DNA of 64,000 nucleotides from an uncultured Gammaproteobacteria bacterium (lineage in GTDB: Bacteria > Patescibacteriota > Microgenomatia > UBA8517): contig CAYRUS010000001.1 in NCBI GenBank assembly GCA_964427735.1, positions 666,756 to 730,755 of the forward strand, written 5' to 3'. Positions 41,636 to 50,247 of the stretch are shown piece after piece. Positions within the stretch are counted from its first letter, which is position 1. Each line of letters opens with the position of its first letter. The position numbers and the translations under genes were made by a program. The notes under the pieces are model-generated. The model was not told where the DNA came from. It saw only the letters and a program-made list of their open reading frames with translations, and ran no database searches.

Positions 41636-43189
41636 GTGATAAACTCTCATTTAATGAGAATTAAAGACAAAAATATAAAGAAAATCCTTCAAAAATATAA
41701 AGAAATTTCTTTGATTGGAAATATATCTGCACTAGCAGGATGGGATTTAGAAGTAAATATGCCTCCATCTGCAGCAGAGAGTAGAGCAGCTGTTAATTCT
41801 TACTTAACAAAACTTTCAACTGATATTTGGCAGAGCACGGAATTCAAAGAATTAATTGAAAAAACTGACACAAGAAAATTAACACAAGAAGAAAAGGCAA
41901 TAGTGAGAAATTTAAAGCATGCTGGTAAATTTTATTTTAAAGTGCCCCAAGAAATTATTATTGAGTTTTCTGAAACTACTTCAAAAGCATTTGTAGCCTG
42001 GAGAAAAGCTAGGGAAGAAAATAACTTCAAAGAATTTGAACCACATCTAAGAAAGATTGTAAAAATAAATAAATTAGTTGCAGATTACATGGGTTACAAA
42101 AAACATCCATACGATGCGTTATTAGACATGTATGAGCCTGGATTGACAACGGAAAAATTAGATAAAATATTTTCTTATTTACAAAAGGAAACAGTAAAGA
42201 TACTTACATCACTTAAAAAGAGCAAAAAATACAAAGAGTTAAATGATCCAAATAGCAAATACGCTAAATATTTAGATGATAATCTTGAATATCCTAAAGA
42301 TGACCAACAACAAATATCATATTTCATATTAAGAAAAATTGGTTATGAATTAGACAAAGGTAGGATTGATGAAGCACCACATCCATTTTCAATTAATATA
42401 AGTCCAAGTGACAATAGAATCACAACTAGATACAAGAATCATAATTTTATTGAGTCGTATACAGTAGCCTTACATGAAGGAGGGCATGCTATGTATGAGC
42501 AGGGAGTAAAAGAAGAGTATGAATATACTCCTTTGGATGGCGGTGTATCGCTCGGCATGCACGAGAGTCAATCAAGATTTTGGGAAAATCAGATTGGTCG
42601 AAGTCCTTTGTTCTTAAAAATAATGACTCCTGTTTTTCAGGCTTTTTATCCCACACAACTTGCTGATACTGGCTACGAAACAATAAAACTTTTAGCAAAT
42701 AAAGTAAGCCCTGGATTGATTCGGGTAGAAGCAGATGAAGTTACTTATAACTTGCATATAATTTTAAGATATGAAATAGAAAAAGACTTACTAGAGGGGA
42801 AAATCAAAACCTCAGATTTGCCTGAGATATGGAATAAAGGTATGAAAAAGTATTTAGGTATTATTCCAGATAATAATGCAAATGGAGTTTTACAAGATAT
42901 TCACTGGTCTCATGGTTCGTTTGGTTATTTCCCAACATATTCTTTGGGAAATCTTTATGCTGCACAACTAACTAACTCGTTGAAAAAAGAAATCGACTTT
43001 AATAGCCTTGTGGCAGAAGGAGAATTGGTCACAATACTGTCTTGGTTTAGATCAAACATTCATCAGCACGGAAGCTTATATTGGCCTGGTGAACTAATAA
43101 AAAGAGTTACTGGAAAAGAATTATATCCAAAGTACTTTGTAGATTATCTGAAAGAGAAGTATTCAGAAATTTATGAAGTAGAGTTGTAG
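41636..43189 (+). CDS. Carboxypeptidase M32 family
   Basis: HPF, HEGGH, HESQSR, IRVEADE, QDIHW, GYFPTY. Confidence 0.95.
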   Translation: MINSHLMRIKDKNIKKILQKYKEISLIGNISALAGWDLEVNMPPSAAESRAAVNSYLTKLSTDIWQSTEFKELIEKTDTRKLTQEEKAIVRNLKHAGKFYFKVPQEIIIEFSETTSKAFVAWRKAREENNFKEFEPHLRKIVKINKLVADYMGYKKHPYDALLDMYEPGLTTEKLDKIFSYLQKETVKILTSLKKSKKYKELNDPNSKYAKYLDDNLEYPKDDQQQISYFILRKIGYELDKGRIDEAPHPFSINISPSDNRITTRYKNHNFIESYTVALHEGGHAMYEQGVKEEYEYTPLDGGVSLGMHESQSRFWENQIGRSPLFLKIMTPVFQAFYPTQLADTGYETIKLLANKVSPGLIRVEADEVTYNLHIILRYEIEKDLLEGKIKTSDLPEIWNKGMKKYLGIIPDNNANGVLQDIHWSHGSFGYFPTYSLGNLYAAQLTNSLKKEIDFNSLVAEGELVTILSWFRSNIHQHGSLYWPGELIKRVTGKELYPKYFVDYLKEKYSEIYEVEL

Positions 43190-43286
43190 ATTTTTTCAGA
43201 TTACTTTTTTTAAAACAATCTTTGTAAATCTTGGATTATTTGTGTTAAATATTCAACTTATTTCTGGATACCTTGAAAATAACACT

Positions 43287-43925
43287 TCAGAGAGCTAGTA
43301 GTATTCGGATTGAATCTTTTAGTTCTCCATCCTCTATATATTTGGGTGATAAAGTCTGTTCTGTTTTATTTGTTACCGAATATTCAAAAATATTGTCGCC
43401 GAACGGTCTTTTGAATGTGGTTGCGTCTATAGGAATTGGAATATTTTTTAAACCAAATTCTTCAATAAATAAATTAACATCTCTTAGGCTAGGAGGGCTT
43501 GACGAGCAAACAATAATTTTTCCCTCATAACCCATCAATCTCAAAATTGTAGCAAAGCTAAGGCTGCGTGGTGCCGATAGTAAGCGATCTAGTAGTTCTT
43601 CGTCCTTGTTGCTATGTTTTCTTAGTATTTCTAAAATTGTTGTAGTATATTTTTCACTTCCCTGTAATCTCCATTCATTACTGTATCCGTAGTGATCATC
43701 AAGGAAAACCACATCAGGTGTTTGTTCGTTGTTTTCTACTAAAACATTTTCAAGCAACTCTTTTGCTGAATGTACTTGGATTACATTGTAGTTTGGATTT
43801 AATTCCATAATAACTCTTGTTAACAAGTCTTTGAACCATTGTTCATCATCAGCAGTAACAGCAGTGAGTTTATCTGGTAAATTTGATTCAATCATATTTA
43901 AAAAGTAAATTATAAGATTGATCAT
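43287..43925 (-). CDS. Divergent orphan response-regulator receiver-like protein
   Basis: ADDE, DVVFLD and IIVCSS receiver-like strands with a long insertion. Confidence 0.5.
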   Translation of the reverse strand: MINLIIYFLNMIESNLPDKLTAVTADDEQWFKDLLTRVIMELNPNYNVIQVHSAKELLENVLVENNEQTPDVVFLDDHYGYSNEWRLQGSEKYTTTILEILRKHSNKDEELLDRLLSAPRSLSFATILRLMGYEGKIIVCSSSPPSLRDVNLFIEEFGLKNIPIPIDATTFKRPFGDNIFEYSVTNKTEQTLSPKYIEDGELKDSIRILLAL

Positions 43926-43954
43926 ATTATAGCAAAAATTTGTTATAATTATTT

Positions 43955-44176
43955 ATGCTAAATGAGTTCGGGAAGCTAGCAATAGTTGCGGGGATTGTAC
44001 TTTTATTGCTTGGCTTATTGTTAACATACTCAAGTAAAATTCCATTTATAGGTAAACTCCCGGGTGATATTTTGTATAGGCGAGGAAATTTTACTTTTTA
44101 TGCTCCCATAGCAACTTCTATATTACTAAGCATAATTTTGTCTTTGATTTTCTACATAATATCAAGAATTAAGTAA
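43955..44176 (+). CDS. DUF2905 family membrane protein
   Basis: GKLPGDI...FYAPIATSILLS. Confidence 0.88.
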   Translation: MLNEFGKLAIVAGIVLLLLGLLLTYSSKIPFIGKLPGDILYRRGNFTFYAPIATSILLSIILSLIFYIISRIK

Positions 44177-44177
44177 T

Positions 44178-44603
44178 ATGCAGGAACAAATTAACTGGCG
44201 GCCGGAAATGATTAGCTGGAGTTTGCTTAGCAAAGAGGATCAAAATGGCATATTAAACCCTAACGAAGTCATATTACAATGGGAAGTAGGGGAAAATGTG
44301 TTTTTGTATATACAAACTTTATACTGGTATAAAATTAAAGCATCAGGATATTTTGAAATTGGTACTGATGAATTAGAAGAAATAAAAGAGAGATATTTAG
44401 AACAGTCAAATAAAATTAGATATTTGAGTCAAGATAGATATGAGGAAGAACGTCAAAAGGCAGAGAAAATATTTATTAACGGTATAAATGAACATACAGT
44501 TTTACCCGAATATTTTGAGTACTTTTTCCAAAGAAAACTAGCCAAAATTCATGCTAATAAAATATTAGGAGATGAAATTAACAAAAGAAAAAATAAATCA
44601 TGA
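44178..44603 (+). CDS. Hypothetical protein
   Basis: ORF only. Confidence 0.5.
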   Translation: MQEQINWRPEMISWSLLSKEDQNGILNPNEVILQWEVGENVFLYIQTLYWYKIKASGYFEIGTDELEEIKERYLEQSNKIRYLSQDRYEEERQKAEKIFINGINEHTVLPEYFEYFFQRKLAKIHANKILGDEINKRKNKS

Positions 44604-44685
44604 TACTGAAAAACTGTGTAAATTAATTTGCATAGAACATTTGCATATTGACTTAAACAAACCTTTGAGGCTATAGTGTTTACGC

Positions 44686-45003
44686 ATGGCTGTTAACATC
44701 GTTACAACACAAGACTTTGAAGAAAAAGTTCTAAAAAGTACCACGCCTGTCCTTGTAGACTTTTATGCTGAATGGTGTCCTCCTTGCAAGGCAGCAGAGC
44801 CAATATTGGAAGAATTGTCAGAAGAATTTTCAGATAAAGTAGAATTTGTAAAAATTGATGTTGATGAAAATGGAGATGTAGCTCAACAATACTCTGTAAT
44901 GTCTATTCCTACAACAATATTATTTAAAGATGGAAGCGAAGTATCTCGGCAAATAGGTTTTGCTGGGAAAGATGGTTTTGTTAACTTATTAAAAAAAGCA
45001 TAA
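44686..45003 (+). CDS. trxA: Thioredoxin
   Basis: VDFYAEWCPPC, SIPT. Confidence 0.95.
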   Translation: MAVNIVTTQDFEEKVLKSTTPVLVDFYAEWCPPCKAAEPILEELSEEFSDKVEFVKIDVDENGDVAQQYSVMSIPTTILFKDGSEVSRQIGFAGKDGFVNLLKKA

Positions 45004-45025
45004 ATTTTTATTTTTCAGGAAGGGG

Positions 45026-45355
45026 GTGACATTAATGGACAACAATAATAACCAAGATCAGACAAATCCTGTTGCTGCTCCGACAGATACAGGGATGAAC
45101 CAATCAAGCGATGCTCCTGCTACAGTTACACAGACACCAGAGAGTACAGTTGCTGATCCTATGGCAGCACCTGTTAGTGAGCCTATGAGCCCATCTGAGA
45201 CACCTGCTGATGGAACTATGCCGCAAGCTACTGAGACAACAGTAACTGGAACAGATGTACCTGCTGCACCGGAAGCTCCTCAGGAGATGGGAAATACATC
45301 TCCACAAGTGAATCCTGATGTAATGGGAACAGGGACAGATAATACTCAAGAATAA
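45026..45355 (+). CDS. Acidic, T/P-rich disordered protein
   Basis: Low-complexity ORF with purine-rich SD-like sequence upstream. Confidence 0.55.
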   Translation: MTLMDNNNNQDQTNPVAAPTDTGMNQSSDAPATVTQTPESTVADPMAAPVSEPMSPSETPADGTMPQATETTVTGTDVPAAPEAPQEMGNTSPQVNPDVMGTGTDNTQE

Positions 45356-45373
45356 TTGTATTTCTTGTAAATA

Positions 45374-45408
45374 ATTTCCTTTGGAAAGGTAATCTTTCCA
45401 AAGGAAAT
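45374..45408. repeat. Perfect 15-bp inverted repeat
   Basis: ATTTCCTTTGGAAAG-GTAAT-CTTTCCAAAGGAAAT. Confidence 0.85.
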
Positions 45409-45411
45409 GCA

Positions 45412-46461
45412 TTGCTGAAAGTAAAAAATATAATTATGAATCAAATATACAGTGAAAAACCAAAAGGAAACGAACCTTGGGATATTATTATCGTGGGATC
45501 AGGTCCTGCTTCTTTTACTGCTTCTATATACACCACACGCGGTGCTGCTTCCACCCTTATTCTCGGGGGAGTTAAATGGGGTGGACAGTTAATGCTCACT
45601 ACAGAAGTAGATAATTTCCCCGGACTTCCCGGGATTCAAGGACCTGAGTTAATGCAAAGAATGAGAGATCATGCCTTAATGTTTGGTGGTGAAATGATCG
45701 AAAAAAATGTTGAAAAAATAGACTTTGATAAAAAACCATTTGAATTGATTGCTGACGGAGAAGTATATAAGGCTCGTTCAATTATTATTGCCACAGGAGC
45801 AGAGACTAAATGGTTGGGTGTTCCTGGAGAAGATAAATTGTTGGGTCGAGGTGTGTCGTCTTGTGCACCTTGCGATGCGCCGTTTTACAAAGGCAAAAAA
45901 GTGATAGTTGTAGGTGGAGGGGATTCTGCGATGGAAGAGGCTCTTGTATTAACAAAGCATGCGGAGCATGTCACTATTGTTCATAGAAGAGCTACATTTA
46001 GAGCTTCCATGGCAATGCAAAAAAGAATAGAAGATAAGATCAAATCTGGTGATGTATCTGTATTGTGGGATACAGAGGTAGAGGAGATGATTGGAGAAAA
46101 TATTCTCTCAGAAGTTCTACTCAAAACAAAAGTTACATCTGACAATGCGAAGAAATTTGAAACCACACTACAAAAACACAAAGGACAAAAAATTCGAGAA
46201 CAAAACAATACTATTAATTGGAGAATGCCTGTAGGAGGATTGTTTGTTGCTATTGGTCACACTCCAGCAACAGATATTTTTAAAGGATCAATAGAGCTCG
46301 ATGAGAAAGGGTATATAAAGGTAGAAAATAAAACAAAAACAAATATCCCAGGTGTTTTTGTGGCTGGAGACGTACACGATCATGAATATAGACAGGCAAT
46401 AACTGCAGCAGGCTTTGGTAGCATGGCTGCTATAGATGCTTTAAAGTATCTTGATGAATAA
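45412..46461 (+). CDS. trxB: Thioredoxin reductase
   Basis: GSGPA, ATGA, CAPCD, GGGDSAMEEA, HRR, AGDV. Confidence 0.95.
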   Translation: MLKVKNIIMNQIYSEKPKGNEPWDIIIVGSGPASFTASIYTTRGAASTLILGGVKWGGQLMLTTEVDNFPGLPGIQGPELMQRMRDHALMFGGEMIEKNVEKIDFDKKPFELIADGEVYKARSIIIATGAETKWLGVPGEDKLLGRGVSSCAPCDAPFYKGKKVIVVGGGDSAMEEALVLTKHAEHVTIVHRRATFRASMAMQKRIEDKIKSGDVSVLWDTEVEEMIGENILSEVLLKTKVTSDNAKKFETTLQKHKGQKIREQNNTINWRMPVGGLFVAIGHTPATDIFKGSIELDEKGYIKVENKTKTNIPGVFVAGDVHDHEYRQAITAAGFGSMAAIDALKYLDE

Positions 46462-46505
46462 AGTTGCTTGACTTTTATTATTTCATAAAGGAGAATTAGT
46501 ATCAT

Positions 46506-47321
46506 ATGGCTGCTAAAAAATCTGCAAAAACTTCAAAAACAAAAACAACAAAAGAAGAAAAAACAAATACAGATGTTTTTCAAAAAGCTGTTCCTGCATT
46601 ATTAGTTTTAACTGTAATTTTGGCTTTTTTTGTTGGAATTCTTTGGCAAAAAGTTAGCTATATTGAAAGATATGGATCTAGTGGAAGTGGAGGCAGTCCA
46701 CAAGCAGGAACAAATCCAGCGGCACCTCCTGCAGCTAGAACAGCCGAGGACTACATAGCTCTTGCTTCAGAAATAGGAGCTGATGAAAATGGTCTTAAAA
46801 CTTGCGTTGATGAAAAGAGATACGCTGATAAAGTAGAAAATCAATATCAAACCGGTATTGATGCTGGTGTTACAGGAACTCCTGGTAGCTTCATTATCAA
46901 TAACAAAGGTGATGTCTGGAAAATTCCAGGAGCATTGTCATTTAGCGATGTTTCTGCAGCTATAGATGCTGCTATGGGTACTGCAGACGCTGCACCTGTA
47001 AGTATAGCTAAGCTCGCAGCTTCAGATGCAGCAAAAATTGCAGAAGTAGGAAACGATGATCACATTGTCGGAAACCCGGATGCTCCCGTTACTATAATTG
47101 AATATTCTGATTATGAATGTCCCTATTGCAAGAGTTTCCATCCGACAATAAAACAAGTATTAAGCGAATATGACAATGAAGTCCGTTTAGTTTACAGACA
47201 TTTTCCTCTAGATATGATTCACCCTAATGCGCGTGGTATTGCAGAGATTTCAGAATGTGTTCATGAACTAGCAGGAGATGAGGCTTTTTGGGAATTCACC
47301 GATGCGGTTTTTAGCAGTTAA
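46506..47321 (+). CDS. Circularly permuted DsbA-family oxidoreductase
   Basis: GVTGTP half precedes the EYSDYECPYC/YRHFPL half. Confidence 0.85.
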   Translation: MAAKKSAKTSKTKTTKEEKTNTDVFQKAVPALLVLTVILAFFVGILWQKVSYIERYGSSGSGGSPQAGTNPAAPPAARTAEDYIALASEIGADENGLKTCVDEKRYADKVENQYQTGIDAGVTGTPGSFIINNKGDVWKIPGALSFSDVSAAIDAAMGTADAAPVSIAKLAASDAAKIAEVGNDDHIVGNPDAPVTIIEYSDYECPYCKSFHPTIKQVLSEYDNEVRLVYRHFPLDMIHPNARGIAEISECVHELAGDEAFWEFTDAVFSS

Positions 47322-47852
47322 CTAAAGATCCAATTTTTCAAGTAGGTTGTACGCAACAACCGCGGCTGACCCCCAAACATTGAAGGATGCATTTATTCCC
47401 ATCATTGGTAGTTCTGCAACATCATCAGCAATTTTAATGACTTCTGGATCAACACCTTTTGATTCATGACCAAGAACCAGTGCTATTGGAAATTTTGGCT
47501 TAATTTTATAATAGGGAACCGATCTTTTGTCTTGCTCAACAGCTATAACATGAACTCCTTTTTTTTGTAAATCTTTTACAATATCAATTGTTGAATCTGC
47601 CTTTTCCCAAGGCACCCAGTTTTCTGTCCCCACTGCTGCCTTGTGAATTCTTGAGGAAGGAGGATGTTCCATGTTCCCGCAAAGGTATATTTTCTCTGCT
47701 GCAACAGCATCAGCTAAGCGAAACATAGAACCTACATTAAAAGTATCCAGAATTTCATCAAGGACAAAATAAATCGGATTCCTTTTTATCTGAGCTACTT
47801 CGCTCGGAGTGGGGTCAGAAAGCCTCAGTTTAGCAGCGTCCAATTTCTTCAT
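47322..47852 (-). CDS. SpoU/TrmH-family RNA methyltransferase
   Basis: NVGSMFR, LGHESKG, LPMMG..SFNV. Confidence 0.92.
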   Translation of the reverse strand: MKKLDAAKLRLSDPTPSEVAQIKRNPIYFVLDEILDTFNVGSMFRLADAVAAEKIYLCGNMEHPPSSRIHKAAVGTENWVPWEKADSTIDIVKDLQKKGVHVIAVEQDKRSVPYYKIKPKFPIALVLGHESKGVDPEVIKIADDVAELPMMGINASFNVWGSAAVVAYNLLEKLDL

Positions 47853-47925
47853 AACAAAAGTATTTTACCAAATATGAGGGATTTCCTTAAATTTGATTAA
47901 TATATAAGTAAGGAATCAAAATTTT

Positions 47926-48657
47926 GTGTATAATATGCAGCAAATGGAAGTGGAGAGAAGTATAAATGATGTTAGAGATAACTTAGAACATGCAGGTTCT
48001 GCAGGATGGGCAATTGACAGACTAATATTTCAACCGCGGATATTCACGCCACCTAACACAAACCATAAAGATAATAAGAAGATACTTGTTGAAGAACCTG
48101 TTTGGGATAAGCTTAAAACTCATAAAACTAACGTTAACTTTTTGTTGATTGGTCATGATTTATGTCCTGATTCAGATCATCACTTTATTTCTGCAGCTAA
48201 TGCTTATCCAGTGTCCCTGCCCAACAAGGCAGTATTTATTTTTGATTTAAGCTCCAGATGGTTGTATGAATTAACTCAGGAAAGAAGATTTAGAAGTACA
48301 AAGATAGATAACTTTCCCCATCCTACTGAAAGTATAGATTACATATTTTTTGATTTTAATGTTTATACAACTCAGAACCCAGAATTTTATCTCGAAGAGG
48401 CAAAAAGAGTGTTAACTAAAGATGGATTGATTTTAATTCCAACCCATACGACAGCTTTACCAGAAAAAATTACAACCTTTATACCAAAAGCATTTAGAAA
48501 AGTTTCAAGAAATGAGTTAAATCACAAAGGGCTTAAAAACGTATTGCGTTCAGAAGTAAATGACAGAAAAGGACGATATGAATTGATAGTATTTGCAAGA
48601 GAAGACAGTGCAATTCATGCTGTACCCGGCTATTTAGCTTATTCTAATAAGAATTAA
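47926..48657 (+). CDS. Hypothetical protein with class I SAM-methyltransferase-like segment
   Basis: ESIDYIF...LEEAKRVLTKDGLILI; no clear motif I. Confidence 0.5.
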   Translation: MYNMQQMEVERSINDVRDNLEHAGSAGWAIDRLIFQPRIFTPPNTNHKDNKKILVEEPVWDKLKTHKTNVNFLLIGHDLCPDSDHHFISAANAYPVSLPNKAVFIFDLSSRWLYELTQERRFRSTKIDNFPHPTESIDYIFFDFNVYTTQNPEFYLEEAKRVLTKDGLILIPTHTTALPEKITTFIPKAFRKVSRNELNHKGLKNVLRSEVNDRKGRYELIVFAREDSAIHAVPGYLAYSNKN

Positions 48658-49041
48658 TCAAGATGCTTTGTCAGCTGTATAAGTTATGTTTACTAATCTC
48701 ATTAAAATCCACGCTAGTAGTGCATAGAAAAACATAGCAACTAGTACAGACCATTCAATAACCGATCCTTCAACTGCAGTGTTGCCAAATACGAACCTAA
48801 AGGGAGCCATAAGAACGTTAGTAATTGTATAGACTCCGTTTACAATCCCGGCGGCTGGATTCGCTCCAGTCATTCTAAATAAAAATCTTAATAAAAGAAG
48901 TGACTCAATTATTCCAAATACAAGGTATATCCCTTGATCTATTGCAGAATAACTCGCTACTTTATTATCATCATGTGCACTTGTTGTATCAACCATTTCG
49001 GTTCTTGAAACTTTTCTATAAGCCATCTCTCTCACCTCCAA
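48658..49041 (-). CDS. YggT-like membrane protein
   Basis: LRFLF..GANP...LMAPF...IEWS.LVAM. Confidence 0.75.
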   Translation of the reverse strand: MEVREMAYRKVSRTEMVDTTSAHDDNKVASYSAIDQGIYLVFGIIESLLLLRFLFRMTGANPAAGIVNGVYTITNVLMAPFRFVFGNTAVEGSVIEWSVLVAMFFYALLAWILMRLVNITYTADKAS

Positions 49042-49376
49042 TCATTAATTTGATGATACATAGTGATTGATTAATATTAGATGAAAGAGTTGAAAGAATT
49101 AGTTAAGTATGGAGTTGAGCTGTGGCTTGTAGACGCAGTTCGAAAATTTTATCTCAATTCAAATACACCTATTCAGCCAGCATATCAGCTTAGCTATTAG
49201 TGATTTCCATCATTGGTGATTAAAGTGCAGTTCCATAATGGTGGTAAAAATACCAGAGACGCATGAGATAGCTCGTGCATGAGGTGTGGTGGTGCTTGCG
49301 GAGGTGGTATTTTTACCACCCATCCCTATACTAATCCATTTCCATCATTGATGAGCGAAATACACTCCAGGAAACC

Positions 49377-50246
49377 TTACAAGGTAGACTCGTATGAATC
49401 TTTTATCAGTGAGAATACATAATCGGTATCAGTGTCTGGCTCAAATCTAGCAAGTCCAAGGTAGCCCCACTCATTGCTGGTGATGTCTTTAACCAACTTC
49501 TTGCTATCATTTGGATAAGATCTATCTCTGAGCAACACCTTGATGTAATTTGTGTAAAATTCAAACCTCACAAAGCTTTTTGTGGTCTTGTAAGTAATTC
49601 CGCTTTTTTGAGCTGCTTTTTCCTCCACATCTGGCAACTGTAAAATTTGTTCTCTCAAGGTCTTATATTTCTTTTGCATCACATCGCTTGTTTTGTTCAT
49701 ATGGAATTCCAAACTATATTCAGTTGTATCAACCAAGTCAGCGACTTTTCTTGGTTTTAGTGTTGGCGGTGTATAGATGCTTTCCAAATGAAGAATATCA
49801 GGCTGATAATAGTGATAGGACAATAATTCTATGTTACTCTCTTGCTCAACTGCGCCTAAGATGTATCTTCCAAAACCTCTGGCGACTAGTACAACTCTTG
49901 GTAGCTCCCAGTTAACTTTGATTCCTTTACCTAGTCTATTTTCAACAAGTAGTTCAAAATGCTTCTTGTTCTTGATGAGCCAGTTGTAATAAAAGAGTCC
50001 TTGAGCAAGCACTTCTTCGTTTTCTTTCCATTTGTATTCCAATATAACTGGTGAGTTGTTCTCATCTAATCCAAGAGTGTCAATTCTGCCATCATGTATT
50101 GGATATTCTTTCTCAATAAACCTGATACCTAATAAGTCCTCAAGGTTTGCAGCAAAGAAATCTCTTAAAGAAAACTCATCGCCAAAGCCATCATCTTTGA
50201 TTGAGCATTTAATAACTTTATTATTATCTATCTTAAATATAGCCAT
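49377..50246 (-). CDS. NucS-like PD-(D/E)xK endonuclease fused to DUF5655
   Basis: GRIDTLG...ILEYK, Q.L.Y; C-terminal KDIT..WGY; start set at MAIFK just after the hsdR stop. Confidence 0.75.
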   Translation of the reverse strand: MAIFKIDNNKVIKCSIKDDGFGDEFSLRDFFAANLEDLLGIRFIEKEYPIHDGRIDTLGLDENNSPVILEYKWKENEEVLAQGLFYYNWLIKNKKHFELLVENRLGKGIKVNWELPRVVLVARGFGRYILGAVEQESNIELLSYHYYQPDILHLESIYTPPTLKPRKVADLVDTTEYSLEFHMNKTSDVMQKKYKTLREQILQLPDVEEKAAQKSGITYKTTKSFVRFEFYTNYIKVLLRDRSYPNDSKKLVKDITSNEWGYLGLARFEPDTDTDYVFSLIKDSYESTL

Positions 50247-50247
50247 T

